The position numbers and the translations under genes were made by a program. Positions 26,197 through 38,464 of a stretch of DNA of 64,000 nucleotides are shown piece after piece. Source of the stretch: Octopus sinensis (taxonomy: Eukaryota); the NCBI RefSeq assembly GCF_006345805.1, contig NC_042997.1, forward strand, positions 184,264,001-184,328,000, given 5' to 3'. The notes below the pieces were generated by a model. It made no database searches, had not been told where the DNA came from, and saw only the letters and a list, made by a program, of their open reading frames with translations. Within the stretch, counting starts at the first letter, position 1. Each line of letters starts with the position of its first letter.

Positions 26197-26239
26197 TTTA
26201 ACATGTTTCGGTTCTTGAAATGATGAACCTTATCAAAAA
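26197..26239 (-). ncRNA. Minimal type I hammerhead motif at the PLE 3' end (U3-A8)
   Basis: UUU-UUGAUAA-GGUUC-(10 nt)-GAACC-GAAACAUGUU-AAA; weak stem I. Confidence 0.65.
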
Positions 26240-26571
26240 AAGTTATATATAAAAACGATAGTTCATGCTATCAAATATAAAAAATTCATTTATAATATAC
26301 AATAGAGTCAGACATCAAAAGTTCATATATAGTGAAGTGAGTTCATGCTATATGTTTAAAGAGTATGATGCAGTGGTTCATAGTGGTGATATGCATTCAA
26401 TATAAAAAATAGTTCAAAGTGGTGATATGCAGTCAATATAAAAATTGATGTTCTGAAAGAGCGAGGAATTCATTTTAGATTTTACCTTGAGCAACTGTGA
26501 TGACTTTTGGTCGGTGTCCGCTGGACAGTTCTGGCGAACCTTGTGAATTGTTTGGGTTTTATATCACCTGT

Positions 26572-26826
26572 TAGGTGGCCAGTCCAGTGGAACGTGACGT
26601 CATCAACGTTTTGACCAATCGTTTCGTTAGGTGGCTGGTCAAGCAGAACGGGACGTCATCAATATTCTGACCAATCCCGAACTATAGCTGTATTAGATCT
26701 GCCCCTTGTCTGTATCCTGCTAGGTGGTCAGTCCAGCGTAACGGGACGTCATCACTGTTTTGACCAATCATCCCGTTAGGTGGCCAGTCTAGCAGAACGA
26801 GACGTCATCAATGTGTTGACGAATCA
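26572..26826. promoter_or_regulatory. Four ~56-bp units each with GACGTCA (CRE-like) and CCAAT-like box in the PLE 3' region
   Basis: GACGTCA at 26596, 26652, 26745, 26801; CCAAT at 26615, 26671, 26764 (4th unit CGAAT). Confidence 0.6.
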
Positions 26827-27014
26827 GAGTCGGGTCTGACCCCTAGCTGTATCGTATGTGGCCAGTCCATCAGGATTAGATCTGTTCGAAGAGATCTTTT
26901 TATAATTTTTTTTCCCTTTTCCCTAAGACATATTTCCGTCAGTGTGAGTGACTGTTTAAGGTAGCGGCCGTGGTGGAATTTTGCTTCTCCTTTTCGGAGG
27001 ACCAATCTTTTGTT

Positions 27015-27421
27015 TTAATATTCCTGGCCCAGGGTGTTTAAACTTGGTCTAAATTTTTTGATGAAGTACAGTTCTTTATTTTGCGTTGCGTGAAGGTTGC
27101 GTTGTCACTGAATTTATAAAGCAGGTAGGTTGTAAATTTCGGATTTACATTTCCAGCACATCTATCTATGTGTCCGCTGACCGGTATTTTCCGGTATTCA
27201 GGGTTTCTAATTTGTGATTTATGCACCGCCATCCTGTTACGTAAGCTATTTTTTGTATGGCCTATATACTGCCTATTGCAGCCTGCGCATGTTATGACGT
27301 AAATTAAGTTTTCTGATGCGCAGGTGAAGTTTGCTCTAATGGTGAACTGGTGGCCTTGTTCTAGTATAAATTCTGAACCTTCTATCAAATGACACAGATT
27401 CCGCAGTTGGGCCTTCCACAT
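27015..27421 (-). pseudogene. GIY-YIG endonuclease fragment of the Penelope-like element
   Basis: LIYVITC..C...YIG.T...L..R...H pattern in ORF 27038-27421; terminal frameshift. Confidence 0.9.
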
Positions 27422-27808
27422 TTTCTAACTGCTGGTTTTGTGGTTGATGTTGAGTGCAGTTTAGCTTGGGTTAAAATCCTTTTCAAGATTTTGGTTGCCG
27501 TTTACTTTTAATGATGGTGTGTGTTTCGAGGATCCGGTTCATCTTTGGGTCTCCCTTTAGTAGGGCTGTGCTTTGTAGTATGGTGCTGAAGGCCTCATTG
27601 TTGAGTGGGTTGTGTGTAGAGATGTAGGGAAGGGTTTTTAATTGTTCTTTCTTTTTTGGTTTTGTTTGTCTCAGGTCTTCTATACTTAATTTGAGTGCCC
27701 TTTGGATTGCACTGTCTATTAGGGACTGTGAATAGTTTCTATTTGTGAGTGTGGTTCTAAGTTCCTGGAGACGTGTGTGTCGGGTGTTTGTGTCTGATAT
27801 TATGGTGC

Positions 27809-27863
<55 letters not shown>

Positions 27864-28095
27864 CTATATATATATATTATATATATATATATATATATAG
27901 AAGGTTTGGAGATGATGTACAGTTATTTTATATTAGAATAAATGAGGTACTCAGAAATTCGGATGGTTTTATATCAGGAAAGGAATTTCATTGTGGCTAG
28001 TATCTGTTGTGAAGTTGATAGATGGGTGCAGCGTGTTGAGGATGTTGTGGAATGTTCGTAGGTCTTCTTATGATCTGTTCCAAAAGATGAAGCAG

Positions 28096-28610
28096 TCATC
28101 GAGGTAGCGTTTCCACTTTTTTTATGTCTTCTCTGAAGTCGTGTTCGAAGACTTTCCCTATTTCATCATATAGTTTGTTCTCAAGGAAACCCATCACCAG
28201 GTTGGCATATGAAGGTGCGAATTTTGTACCCATAGCCGTGCCCTTTATCTGTCGGAATGTCTTGTTGAATGAGAATGTATTTTCTTCGAGTATTAATTGG
28301 GTGGCTTGGGTAATAAAGTCTGTCTTGAATCGTTCGTCTATGAGTTCCCTGTATTTTTCTACCGATTGTTTTATTGCTTCCAGACCTAGGGTGTGTGGTA
28401 TGTTCGTGTATAGGTTTGTGACATCGAAGCTTGCAAGTATGATGTTTCTCGGAACTGTATTTGGAATGTGTGTGAGGAAGTCTATGTCATCCCTTATGTA
28501 GCTTGGTATCTGTGGGCATAAAGGTTTGAGGAGTATATCTATGAAGTGGCTTAGTTGTTGTGTTGGTGCCTGGGGTCCTGTCACTATTGGCCTCATTGTG
28601 AGGTCTGCAT
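28096..28610 (-). pseudogene. Penelope-like reverse transcriptase fragment
   Basis: ORF 28096-28740 translation from RPIVTGP onward. Confidence 0.92.
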
Positions 28611-28955
28611 ATATATTTATATAGCAGACTAGCAATTTGTAAATCCTACATAACATGGATATATAGTAAGAAAGCCACAGCACCGTGGTATTCATTATGA
28701 AAAAGCATCTCGCATAGACGTATAGTGCTAAAAGACACAAAAGTATCAGTAGCAGGCGAAAAGTGATCAGTTTGGGATTTCTGCGAATTTGCGTGACTTC
28801 AATTGCAAGTATCCATAATCACCGCATGCAGAGAGAGGCTTAGAGTAATTTCGTCTCTACTGATATATAAAAACAATGATTTACAAGTCACTGGTGCTAC
28901 AAATAGATGGCGGCACCAGCTATTTGTGATACCAGACTTCCTTACAATATATTCA

Positions 28956-29335
28956 GTAAGTAGCTTGCTTACCAACCACATGGTTCCGGATTCATTACCA
29001 CTGTGTGGCACCTTGGGCAAGTGTCTTCTACTATAGCCTCGGGCCAACCAAAGCCTTGTGAGTAGATTTGGTAGATGGAAACTGAAAGAAGCCCGTCGTA
29101 TATATGTATATATATATGTGTATGTGTGTGTATGTGTTTGTGTGTCTGTGTTTGTCACCCCAACATCGCTTGACAACCGATGCTGGTGTGTTTACGGTTC
29201 GGCAAAAGAAACCGATAGAATAAGTACTAGGCCTACAAAGAATAAGTTCTAGGGTCGATTTGCTCGACTAAAGGCGGTGCCCTAGCATGGCCACAGTCAA
29301 ATGACTGAAACAAGTGAAAGAGTAGAGTAAAGAGT
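28956..29335 (+). mobile_element. SINE family B
   Basis: Matches family. Confidence 0.85.
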
Positions 29336-29531
29336 ATTTCAGACAAAGATACCTTCAAATATATGCACTGTAAATACAATCTAGAAGCGGTACAGTCAAA
29401 ATATGCAAGAAATTTCTAAAACTGAACAAGCATTTACTGTTCTTCTTGTTCTTGTTATACAGATTCAAGCAATGGAGTTTTGTTTATTAATTGAAATAAT
29501 TAAAAAGAAAAAAAAATTCAAAAATGCATAA

Positions 29532-30490
29532 GGCGGCGAGCTGACAGAATCGTTAGCACGCCGGACGAAATGCTTAGCGGTATTTCGTCTGCCATTACGT
29601 TCTGAGTTCAAATTTGCCTTTCATCCTTTCGGAGTCGATTAAATAAGTACCAGTTACGCGCTGGGGTCGACATAATCGACTTAATCTGTTTGTCTGTCCT
29701 TGTTCGTCCCCTCTGTGTTTAGCCCCTCCTTGGTAGTAAAGAATTAGGTATTTCGTCTGCCGCTACGTTCTGAGTTCAAATTACGCCGAGGTCGACTTTG
29801 CCTTTCATCCTTTCGGGGTCAATAAATTAAGTACCAGCTACGCACTGCGGTCGATATAATCGACTTAATCCATTTGTCTGTCCTTGTTTGTCCTCTCTGT
29901 GTTTAGCTCCTTGTGGGTAGTAAAAAATAGGTATTTCGTCTGCCGCTAGGTTCTGAGTTCAAATTACGCCGAGGTCGACGTTGCCTTTCATCCTTTCGGA
30001 GTCGATTAAATAAGTACCAGTTACGCACTGGGGTCGATGTAATCGACTTAATCCGTTTGTCTGTCCTTGTTTGTCCTATCTGTTTTTAACCCATTGTGGC
30101 TAGTAAAGAAATAGGTATTTCGTCTGTCTTTACGTTCTCAGTTCAAATTCCGCCGAGGTCGACTTTGCTTTTCATCCTTTCGTGGTCGATTAAATAAGAA
30201 CCAGTTACGCACTGGGGTCGATATAATCGACTTAATCCGTTTGTCTGTCCTTGTTTGCCCCCATAGTGTTTAGTCCCTTGTGAGCAGTAAAGAAATAGAA
30301 ATAGTTATTTCGTCTGCCGCTACGTTCTGAGTTCAAATTCCGCCGAGGTCAACTTTGCTTTTCATCCTTTCGGGGTCGATAAATTAAGTACCAGTTACGC
30401 ACTTGGGTCGATATAATCGACTTAATCGGTTTGTCTGTCCTTGTTTGTCCCCTCTGTGGGTAACCCCTTGTGGGCAGTCAAGGATTAAGA
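29532..30490 (+). mobile_element. SINE family A head followed by five tandem ~185-bp body units
   Basis: TATTTCGTCT unit starts at 29581, 29749, 29932, 30116, 30306. Confidence 0.9.
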
Positions 30491-31061
30491 AAAAAATGCA
30501 GAAACGCACATACATATACGCATATATTTACGTAAATATGTATGTATGCAGCATGTATGTATGTATGTATGTATGTATGTATGTATGTATGTATGTATGT
30601 ATGTATGTATGTATGCATTTAATATATATATATATATATATACACTCACAATGTGACTCTAACTCTACCACGCAACGCATTGCAAACACAGTAACAAATA
30701 ACGAAAGAGGGAATGAAACAGATACAGAACGATAGATGTTCACAGGAAACTAGATATCTGCTGGTACTGGTGATGATGATGATGATTCTGTGGTATATGG
30801 CATAGTGTGTGTATGGGGAGGTGGCGGGAAAGAGGAGCAGAATAAAAAAAGAGGTATCGATTTTTACTTTATTGATTAAAATCTTTGACGTATCACATGT
30901 GGCTGAAGCTCTCCTGTTCCGGTGGTTCGGTTTCCTTCGCTTTGACTTGACATTCTCAAGCAAATTACATTTCCGTTGTAAGAGGAAAATATATACTTAT
31001 AGGCACACTGACACATATACGTTCACACACATGCATACAAGTTTACAACAAACACACACAT

Positions 31062-31115
<54 letters not shown>

Positions 31116-31242
31116 ACATACGCACATTTACGCGAAAAGGAGAACCACATTCTAAGATACACGCATGCAAATACAAAGATACATATGCACACTTACACGG
31201 TCAGAAACATATACAATCATAAATACACACATGCTCACGTGC

Positions 31243-31278
<36 letters not shown>

Positions 31279-31808
31279 CACACACTCACACACACACACA
31301 CACACACTCACACGCACAAACACGCACACACACACATTTCCGCGAAAAAGAGAGCCTGATTCTAAAATATACGCATACAAATACTAAGATACATATGCAC
31401 ACTTCCACGGTCAGAAACATGTACACCCATAAATACACACATGCACACGTGCACACACACACACACACGCACACATACACACACACACACAAAGCTTACA
31501 CACGTATGCATACACACACACACACACACACAAAGCTTACGCATGTATGCACATATACACACACAGTTGCCTATTCAATTTCGTAGCAATATACTGTTTC
31601 CTTTCATTTTATTTCGTTGTCTTTAATATTGCCTCTGCTTCTTCTATCCGTGTTTATAATGTTTGCGATCTCTCTCCCCCATCACTCTCTCTCTCTCTCT
31701 GCCTGTCTGTCTTTACGTATATATATATATATAGTGTATGTATGTCTGCATATACGTGTATGTACATATATGTGTACATATATGTGTACATAGATATATA
31801 TATATATA

Positions 31809-31851
<43 letters not shown>

Positions 31852-31870
31852 GTATATGTATATATAATAT

Positions 31871-31902
<32 letters not shown>

Positions 31903-32329
31903 ATATATATAATATATTATTATTGCACACACATATCACATGTATATAAATGTTACATATGCACACATATATTTAGATGTAATAATATATCTATATGTAT
32001 GTGTATTTGTGTGTATATATGTCAGTCACACTCAGCTATTTTAAGTTTTCAAACTTTCTTTCGAGACTGACTTATCTGTTATTTTCTCTATTCTTTCTGT
32101 ACGGGATTTTTGGCCGTATGTTAACACGAACGTTTCGCTCCACAAGTACGTTTCTGTCCCTTTGTATTCAATCTTTCGCGGTCAACTGATATTTGTAGTA
32201 AGACTTCACAGAAAACTGTCTCTTCTAACACCAGCAGAAGAAAGTACAGTGACAAAGTATCTAGATACGCCTGAAGCTTCACTGTAACATAAGTATATAT
32301 TAGCGGTACCAAAAAGAAAGTTGCATTCC

Positions 32330-32600
32330 ATACAATGAGTTCAGATCAACATTAAACATATCGTAAATATATTTGTTCATTGAAAATATAATCGCCATCG
32401 TCAGAAATAACATTTTCTCAGCTCGAAACCAGTTTTCTGATTTCTCGGCCAAAACAAAATTAGGTTCTTTAGAAGAGAAAGATGTTTTGGTTGCCGTTTC
32501 GACATCGTCCGTGCTTCTGAATGTTTTTTCCACTGATAAAGTATTCAAGTCACCCGAATAAGTGAAAATATTATGGTGCTAGGGTTTGGTGAGCAAGGAG
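32330..32600 (-). pseudogene. Old mariner transposase C-terminal remnant
   Basis: LSVEKTFRSTDDVETATKTSFSSKEPNF resembles the mariner C-terminus; frameshifted. Confidence 0.5.
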
Positions 32601-33126
32601 GGTGAGGTAGAGCTTCCCAGCTCAATGAATTTATATTTTCTAGGGTTATCTTGGTGAACGTGTTGCTTTATTCTTGCTTTATACTCATGAAGGACTCAAT
32701 TCCCTTCTCTATATACTTTCTTAATAATTTTGAGATGATCTTGCACAATGAACCAAAGTGTATTAAACCTCTAGGATAATCCTATTATACTTTGATGCAG
32801 ATCCTTTTCAACAGTAGTAAAAGACACTTGCTTGAGGTGCTGTGCAGTGGGACTGAACCCGGAGCCACGTTGTTGTCTACTGAACTTCTTTATTTCATAG
32901 CCACACCTGCGAGTATATGTATATTTTATATTTTGTTATGTTTATGCTTAAATATGTTCGACTGAAACTTTTAAGTTGGTACTCCAGCATGGCCGCAGTC
33001 CAATGACTGAAACAAAAGATAATCTAAGTCACATTTGATCTGTAATTGTGTATGTGTGTGTGTGTGTGTGTGCGTGTGCGCTCGCGCTTGAGATGATATA
33101 TATGCTTGAGTATGTCTGCTTATATA

Positions 33127-33647
33127 TTGGGTTGTCCGGAAAGTTCGTGCCGATTTATAGTAGCTTACCTTCCGACTTATTTTAGAACATGGTTGAGTCC
33201 ATAAAATAGGGTTTGACTACACCTCCATTTAGAGTACAGTTTAAGCTATCTTTTCATGGTAGAAGGTTTATGTTCCTGTAATCTGTGTTAATTCTGTAAC
33301 CCTTTAAAATGGAAGATAAGAAAGTTCATTTTCGGTACTTGATGCTTTTCTTTTTCTGTAAAGGGAAAAATGCCTCACAAGCAACCAAAGAAATATGCGC
33401 AGTTTACGGTGATGTTTCTTTATCCAAAAGAACTGTATGGAAGTGGTTCGCAATGTTCCGACCTGGATATTGTAGCCTTATTGATAAAGAGCCATCAGGC
33501 AGACCATCCACTACAGATGATGACCAAATCAAGTCATTAATTGAGAATAACCCTCATTGCACAAGGAATTGAAATTTTTACCATTAAGACTATTCTGCAG
33601 AGAAGGGAAGCTACTATAAATCGGTACGAACTTTCCGGACAACCCAA
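33127..33647 (+). mobile_element. Internally deleted mariner transposon (same family as 7732-8297; mellifera-subfamily-like N-terminus)
   Basis: Both TIRs with TA on each side; MEDKKVHFRYLMLFFFCKGKNASQATKEICAVYG..WF..F....SGRP. Confidence 0.95.
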
Positions 33648-33659
33648 TATATATATATA

Positions 33660-33868
33660 TAGGGAGAGTTTACGAAAAAAACAAAAAGAGGAAGACAGGT
33701 GGTGTACAAAAAAAAAAGTTGTATTAATATAACGCTGAGGAATAGAAAATGTCTTTTACGTTTCGAGCCTACGCTCTTCTATAGAAAGGGACACAGAAAA
33801 AACAAGGAGAGAAACAAGGAGAGAAAAATAATGTATGAAGTGGCTAACGATCTATCATGGCGACTGAT
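33660..33868 (-). mobile_element. HHR-like mini-element (degenerate core CUAUAGA) in (TA)n
   Basis: GAAGAGCGTAGGCTCGAAACGT shared with 16926-16961. Confidence 0.6.
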
Positions 33869-34829
33869 ATATATATATATATATAGCACTATACATAAGA
33901 TGTATTTTATGTTGATATAATGTATGAGTCTGTATTGTGGTAATACACATATATGTATGTATGCATGTAGGTATGTGTTTGTGTGTGTATGTGAGTGTGT
34001 ATTTTTACAGATATATGCTTTACACAAACACTCACATACACCCGTACATTTAAAATGCTACACTTCGTTAAACGCCAGAGGTGTAGAATATATTATTTAT
34101 TTAAACTGAATTATTATTTTCGGCGACTCGCTTTTCCTGTCACACTGATTATTATTAATCAGGCGACTGACTTCGGATAACTCGAGTTAAGTTTCATATA
34201 CAATTCAAGCAGGTTCATTCCTCTGTATGTGCATATCGGTTTTCATCGGCCAGCCATAGACCATTATCTTTTCAGGGCGTTGTCTTTTTGATTATTAGAG
34301 CCGGTATTGACAGATGTGAAACGTTTGTTATTTCTCTCTTGTTCTGGTGTCGGCTCGTATCCGCCTTCAGTAAATTGTTATCCTGTTGACGCTGACTAAG
34401 TCTGGTGTCTCCAATTATAATTTTATTGGTCTCTTATTATGCCGTTGTTTTTAGCAGCCAGTTTGTTTGATATTTAGTTTTCGGGGTGAGTGTGGCGTCT
34501 TGTCTGTCATTCAATCAATTGTCGTAGCACCTCTGCCGCCATCTCTACTGTTATTGCGTTACGACGTGTTTTACATATCTCGGTAATTGGACTGCGGCCA
34601 TGAAGGAGCACCAGCTTGGAGAGTTTAGTCGAACAAATCGACCACAGAGTTTATTAATTTTTAAAGTCCGGTACTTATCCTTTCGGTCTTTTTTGGCCAG
34701 TCCGTTAGGTTACGGTGACTTGTACAAACTAACACCGGTTGTCAAGCGACGATGAGGGGCAAACACAGACATAAAGAAGCACACTTATGCATGAACACGC
34801 GTAGGTGTGTGTGTGTTTATATATATATA

Positions 34830-35041
34830 ATTCAAAATGTGACCGCGTGTGTACCGTTGGCGATTTTTTTTCCTCCGTCTTCCCTTCTTTGGATCTTTCC
34901 TTTTCCTATGTTTCTGACGAAGAGCTCCGCTCGAAACGTTAAACCCTCCTTCTTTCCTTCTTTCCTGAGCGTCCAATAACATTATACTTGTTCCACGTCC
35001 TCGCGTTGTTGTGTTTTCTCTTTGTGTTTTCATGTTTGGAT

Positions 35042-35046
<5 letters not shown>
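34830..35046 (+). mobile_element. ~215-bp HHR mini-element in (TA)n; HHR at 34910-34944
   Basis: GUUU-CUGACGA-A-GAGC-ucc-GCUC-GAAACGUU-AAAC; twin of 4437-4650. Confidence 0.85.
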
Positions 35047-35086
<40 letters not shown>

Positions 35087-35192
35087 CAAATTTACAGAAA
35101 ACAAAAGACGAAGAAAGGTGAAGGAACAACAAGCAGGTGTATTGATATTTCGAGCCTACGCTCTCCGACAGATCTGTCTATCTATCTATCTA

Positions 35193-35278
<86 letters not shown>

Positions 35279-35279
<1 letters not shown>

Positions 35280-36304
35280 GTGGAGGGGAGGTACGACGAC
35301 GAGCTCCGGGCGAACCTGGACGTCGACGAGGAGTACCTGACCCGCCTGTTCGGGACGACTTTCGGGCAAGGGCCCATGGACAACTTTCAGAGATCCCTAG
35401 CCTGGCAGTGCTACCGAGAAGCGCTACCCCTTCGGGATAAGCTCTACAGACACAGCTCGAGAAACACGGGCCGACCTGCCCGAGATGCGGTTAGAGCGAC
35501 GAAACCGTTCTGTACGCACTCGTGCAGTGTCCAACAATTTCCGACCTGTGGGCTTATGTCGAACAACTGCTGTCACGTGTGGGACGAGTCGGTTTTTCAG
35601 CTGAGTCTATCGTCAATATTGTCACGCCGCCTTCCTTCAAACGGGAAGGAAGAGCTATTTTCATCATCCTTGTGGCTATGGCGAAAGAATGTATCTGGTG
35701 GACGCGTCTGAAAGGATTGGAGACAAACACTAAGTACCACTTGAAAAGGAAAGTGAGAGTAGAGAGGCAAGTTTTGTCTAGCGAATGTTTTAAAAAAGGA
35801 TGGGTGAATGTAGCAAGGATGGCACGTATGAATGACGAAGCCACCTTGAGCATAATCCTATGAACCCAGAAATTGAAAACAGAGGGTTACCCATTTGCAA
35901 ACAAATGTGGTAACATATAACAATATTGACCAAGGTTACCGTGGTCTTTTTCGTAGGCTTTTCTTCCCACGGATAAACCTTACTTGCTTTCCCCTTTACA
36001 CCATATATCATAACACTGTGATACACGATCCCTATTGATCGTTTTTTTCCCCTTTTTTCTTCTTTTTTCATTTCTCTTTTCTTTTGTTCCTTTTCCTTTT
36101 CTTCTTTTTTTATTATTATTTTTTAAAATTTTTTATTTTATTTTTTTTTTTTGTTCTTCTCTTCCCTTTTACGATCCCTCTTGATCGAAAACCTACGCCA
36201 CCCCCTTTTTTTTGTTTCTTTTGTTTTTTGTTTTTTCCATCCCCCAAAAGAAAAGCTCTACCTTGTAACTTGTCCCATCTGTGTGCAGCCCTGTGTGGCC
36301 AATA
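35279..36304 (+). mobile_element. 5'-truncated Tx1/L1-clade LINE 3' end inserted in (TATC)n
   Basis: Frameshifted C-terminal zinc-finger region (WQCYREALPLRDKL..CPRCG..ETV.YALVQCP..LW..VE) and AKECIWWTR; pyrimidine-rich 3' UTR; TATC repeats on both sides. Confidence 0.75.
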
Positions 36305-36366
36305 TATCTATCTATATAAGCGACGATGGAGGACAAACACAGACATAGATAGGCACGTGTGCGCGC

Positions 36367-36397
<31 letters not shown>

Positions 36398-36400
<3 letters not shown>

Positions 36401-36630
36401 CTGTAGTTTCAGCTCAGAGCTGCGGCCATGCAGATGCACTTGGTGAAGAATGGAGTTTGATGTAGCTACCCTCATTTGCACCTCTTGCCGTGAGGTAGGT
36501 TCATCTGGGACTCTCGATAGGAAGAGGTTCAGCTTTGATTGAAAAATGTCTACACTTACTTTGTGCAGATTCCTTAGGCTCTTTGGGATTATATTAAAAA
36601 TCTGTAGGCCCCTGAAACCCACATAGATGC
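36398..36630 (-). mobile_element. CR1/L2-group LINE 3' fragment
   Basis: GLQIFNIIPKSLRNL..VSVDIFQSKLNLFLSRVPDEP..R.A.SNSILHQ, typical of CR1-type ORF2 ends. Confidence 0.7.
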
Positions 36631-36831
36631 ATACATACCCACACACCCACGCACACTCATCCCCGCGCAACCACATATTTGAAAGCCTTTGTTAAAATTA
36701 CTTTATACAGATTTTATGTCTAAAGGGGGATTTTAAAAATAATCACTTTTCAAAATCTTTTATCGGAAAGTCTCTAATCTTTTTGGAAGAAAAGCGAGCG
36801 CTTTCGGTTAATCTTTTCAAACACGCGTGCT

Positions 36832-36883
<52 letters not shown>

Positions 36884-37523
36884 GATGCGCTTCTTTCATT
36901 TTCCATCTACCAAAACCACTCAAAAGACTTTGGTCGGCCCGAGGCTATAGTAGAAAACACCTGTCCAAGGTGCCTCGCAGTGGGACTGAACCCGGAACCA
37001 TGTAGTTGAGAAGCTAGCTTCTTACCACACAGCCATACTATACATATGTACATGCTCTTGTATGTATATTCTTAGAATGCATTGACTGAATCTGTTAATA
37101 TAGGAGAGAGGCTTTCCATACTTACTTGTAATTAATACTATCGCATAAAAATTTTGCCACGATTATAAATCTGATAAAGAAAAAGATTATTTACTTTGGA
37201 TAAACCCAGAGGAGTGATCATTTACCAGAGATCCGAGCATAATTCAAAGAAATTAAGCTGATAGACAGCATATGGATTAATACTGAATACGGCAATGGAT
37301 AAAGAAAGAACCGGGGTCAGCTATTGAATATAGCAGAAATTTCGAGATATTTTTTAATGGACGTTTGAATTGAAATAATATTTGTGTCAATTCTACAAAA
37401 AAGGTTACAAGGGATCCATCGATCGGATTGGTTATAGGACGTTAGACGGGGTACTTAAATATGAATATATCCTACACACACAAACACGTACCTATTTATA
37501 CACTTGTAGTTCTCTTGTTTAAA

Positions 37524-37957
37524 GGCGGCGAGCTGGCAGAAACGTTAGCACGCCGGGTGAAATGCGTAGCCGTATTTCGTCTGCCGCTACGTTCTGAGTT
37601 CAAATTCCGCCGAGGTCGACTTTGTCTTTCATCCTTTCGGGGTCGATTAAATAAGTACCAGTTACGCACTGGGGTCGATATAATCGACTTAATTCGTTTG
37701 TCCTTGTTTGTTCCCTCTATCTTTAGCCCCTTGTGGGCAATAAAGAAATAAGAAACGTTAGAACGCCGGGTGACATGCTTAGCAGTATTTTATCTGTCTT
37801 TACGTTCTGAATTCAAATTCCGCCCAGATCGACTTTGCCTTTCCTCATTTCGGGGTCGATAAATTAAGTACCAGTTGCATACTGGGGTCGATTTAATCGA
37901 CTGGCCCTCTCCCCTTAAATTTCGGGCCTTGTGCCTGCAGTAGAACAGAATATTATT
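37524..37957 (+). mobile_element. SINE family A long-tail copy joined to a short-tail copy
   Basis: Direct similarity to the family. Confidence 0.8.
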
Positions 37958-38412
37958 CTGTTTCGCCATGTTACCATTTCAAATCTTTACCGTTACACAC
38001 ACACATGTACACACACGCGTAGGAATATGCATGAATACGTATATATATGTATGCATATATAATGAATATATATATATATTTAGGTATATATATATATATA
38101 TATATGCGCATGTAAGTATGTTCGTAAGTATGTATATATTTATATTTATATGTATGTATATATTTATATTTATATGTATGTATGTGTATGTAAATTTAAT
38201 AACCTTAATTACCTTTCCACCTCGCTCCATTTATCTCTACCTGTTCAGTGTACTTTCTTTTCATCTTCACCTTTTCCTCGCACCTTCTCTCTTTCCAAAT
38301 ACTCTTCCGGAACCTGAATAAACAAGTACACATACACATAGGCGTGCACAGGCTCACACACCCGTACACTGACACACACGTACACCTGCACTCTTCAGCA
38401 CATATACCACAT

Positions 38413-38464
<52 letters not shown>

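Larger units (their letters stand above)
26146..28610 (-). mobile_element. Decayed, 5'-truncated Penelope-like retroelement (Neptune-type): RT + GIY-YIG endonuclease + 3' region with HHR
   Basis: RT motifs RPIV, SFDVTNLYTNIPH, QIKGTAMGTKFAPSYANL, RYLDD (frameshifted); linker KCGRPNCGIC; GIY-YIG NFTCASENLIYVITCAGCNRQYIGHTK..LRNR..H; terminal ELYFIKKFRPSLN; interrupted by (TA)n at ~27810-27900. Confidence 0.92.
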
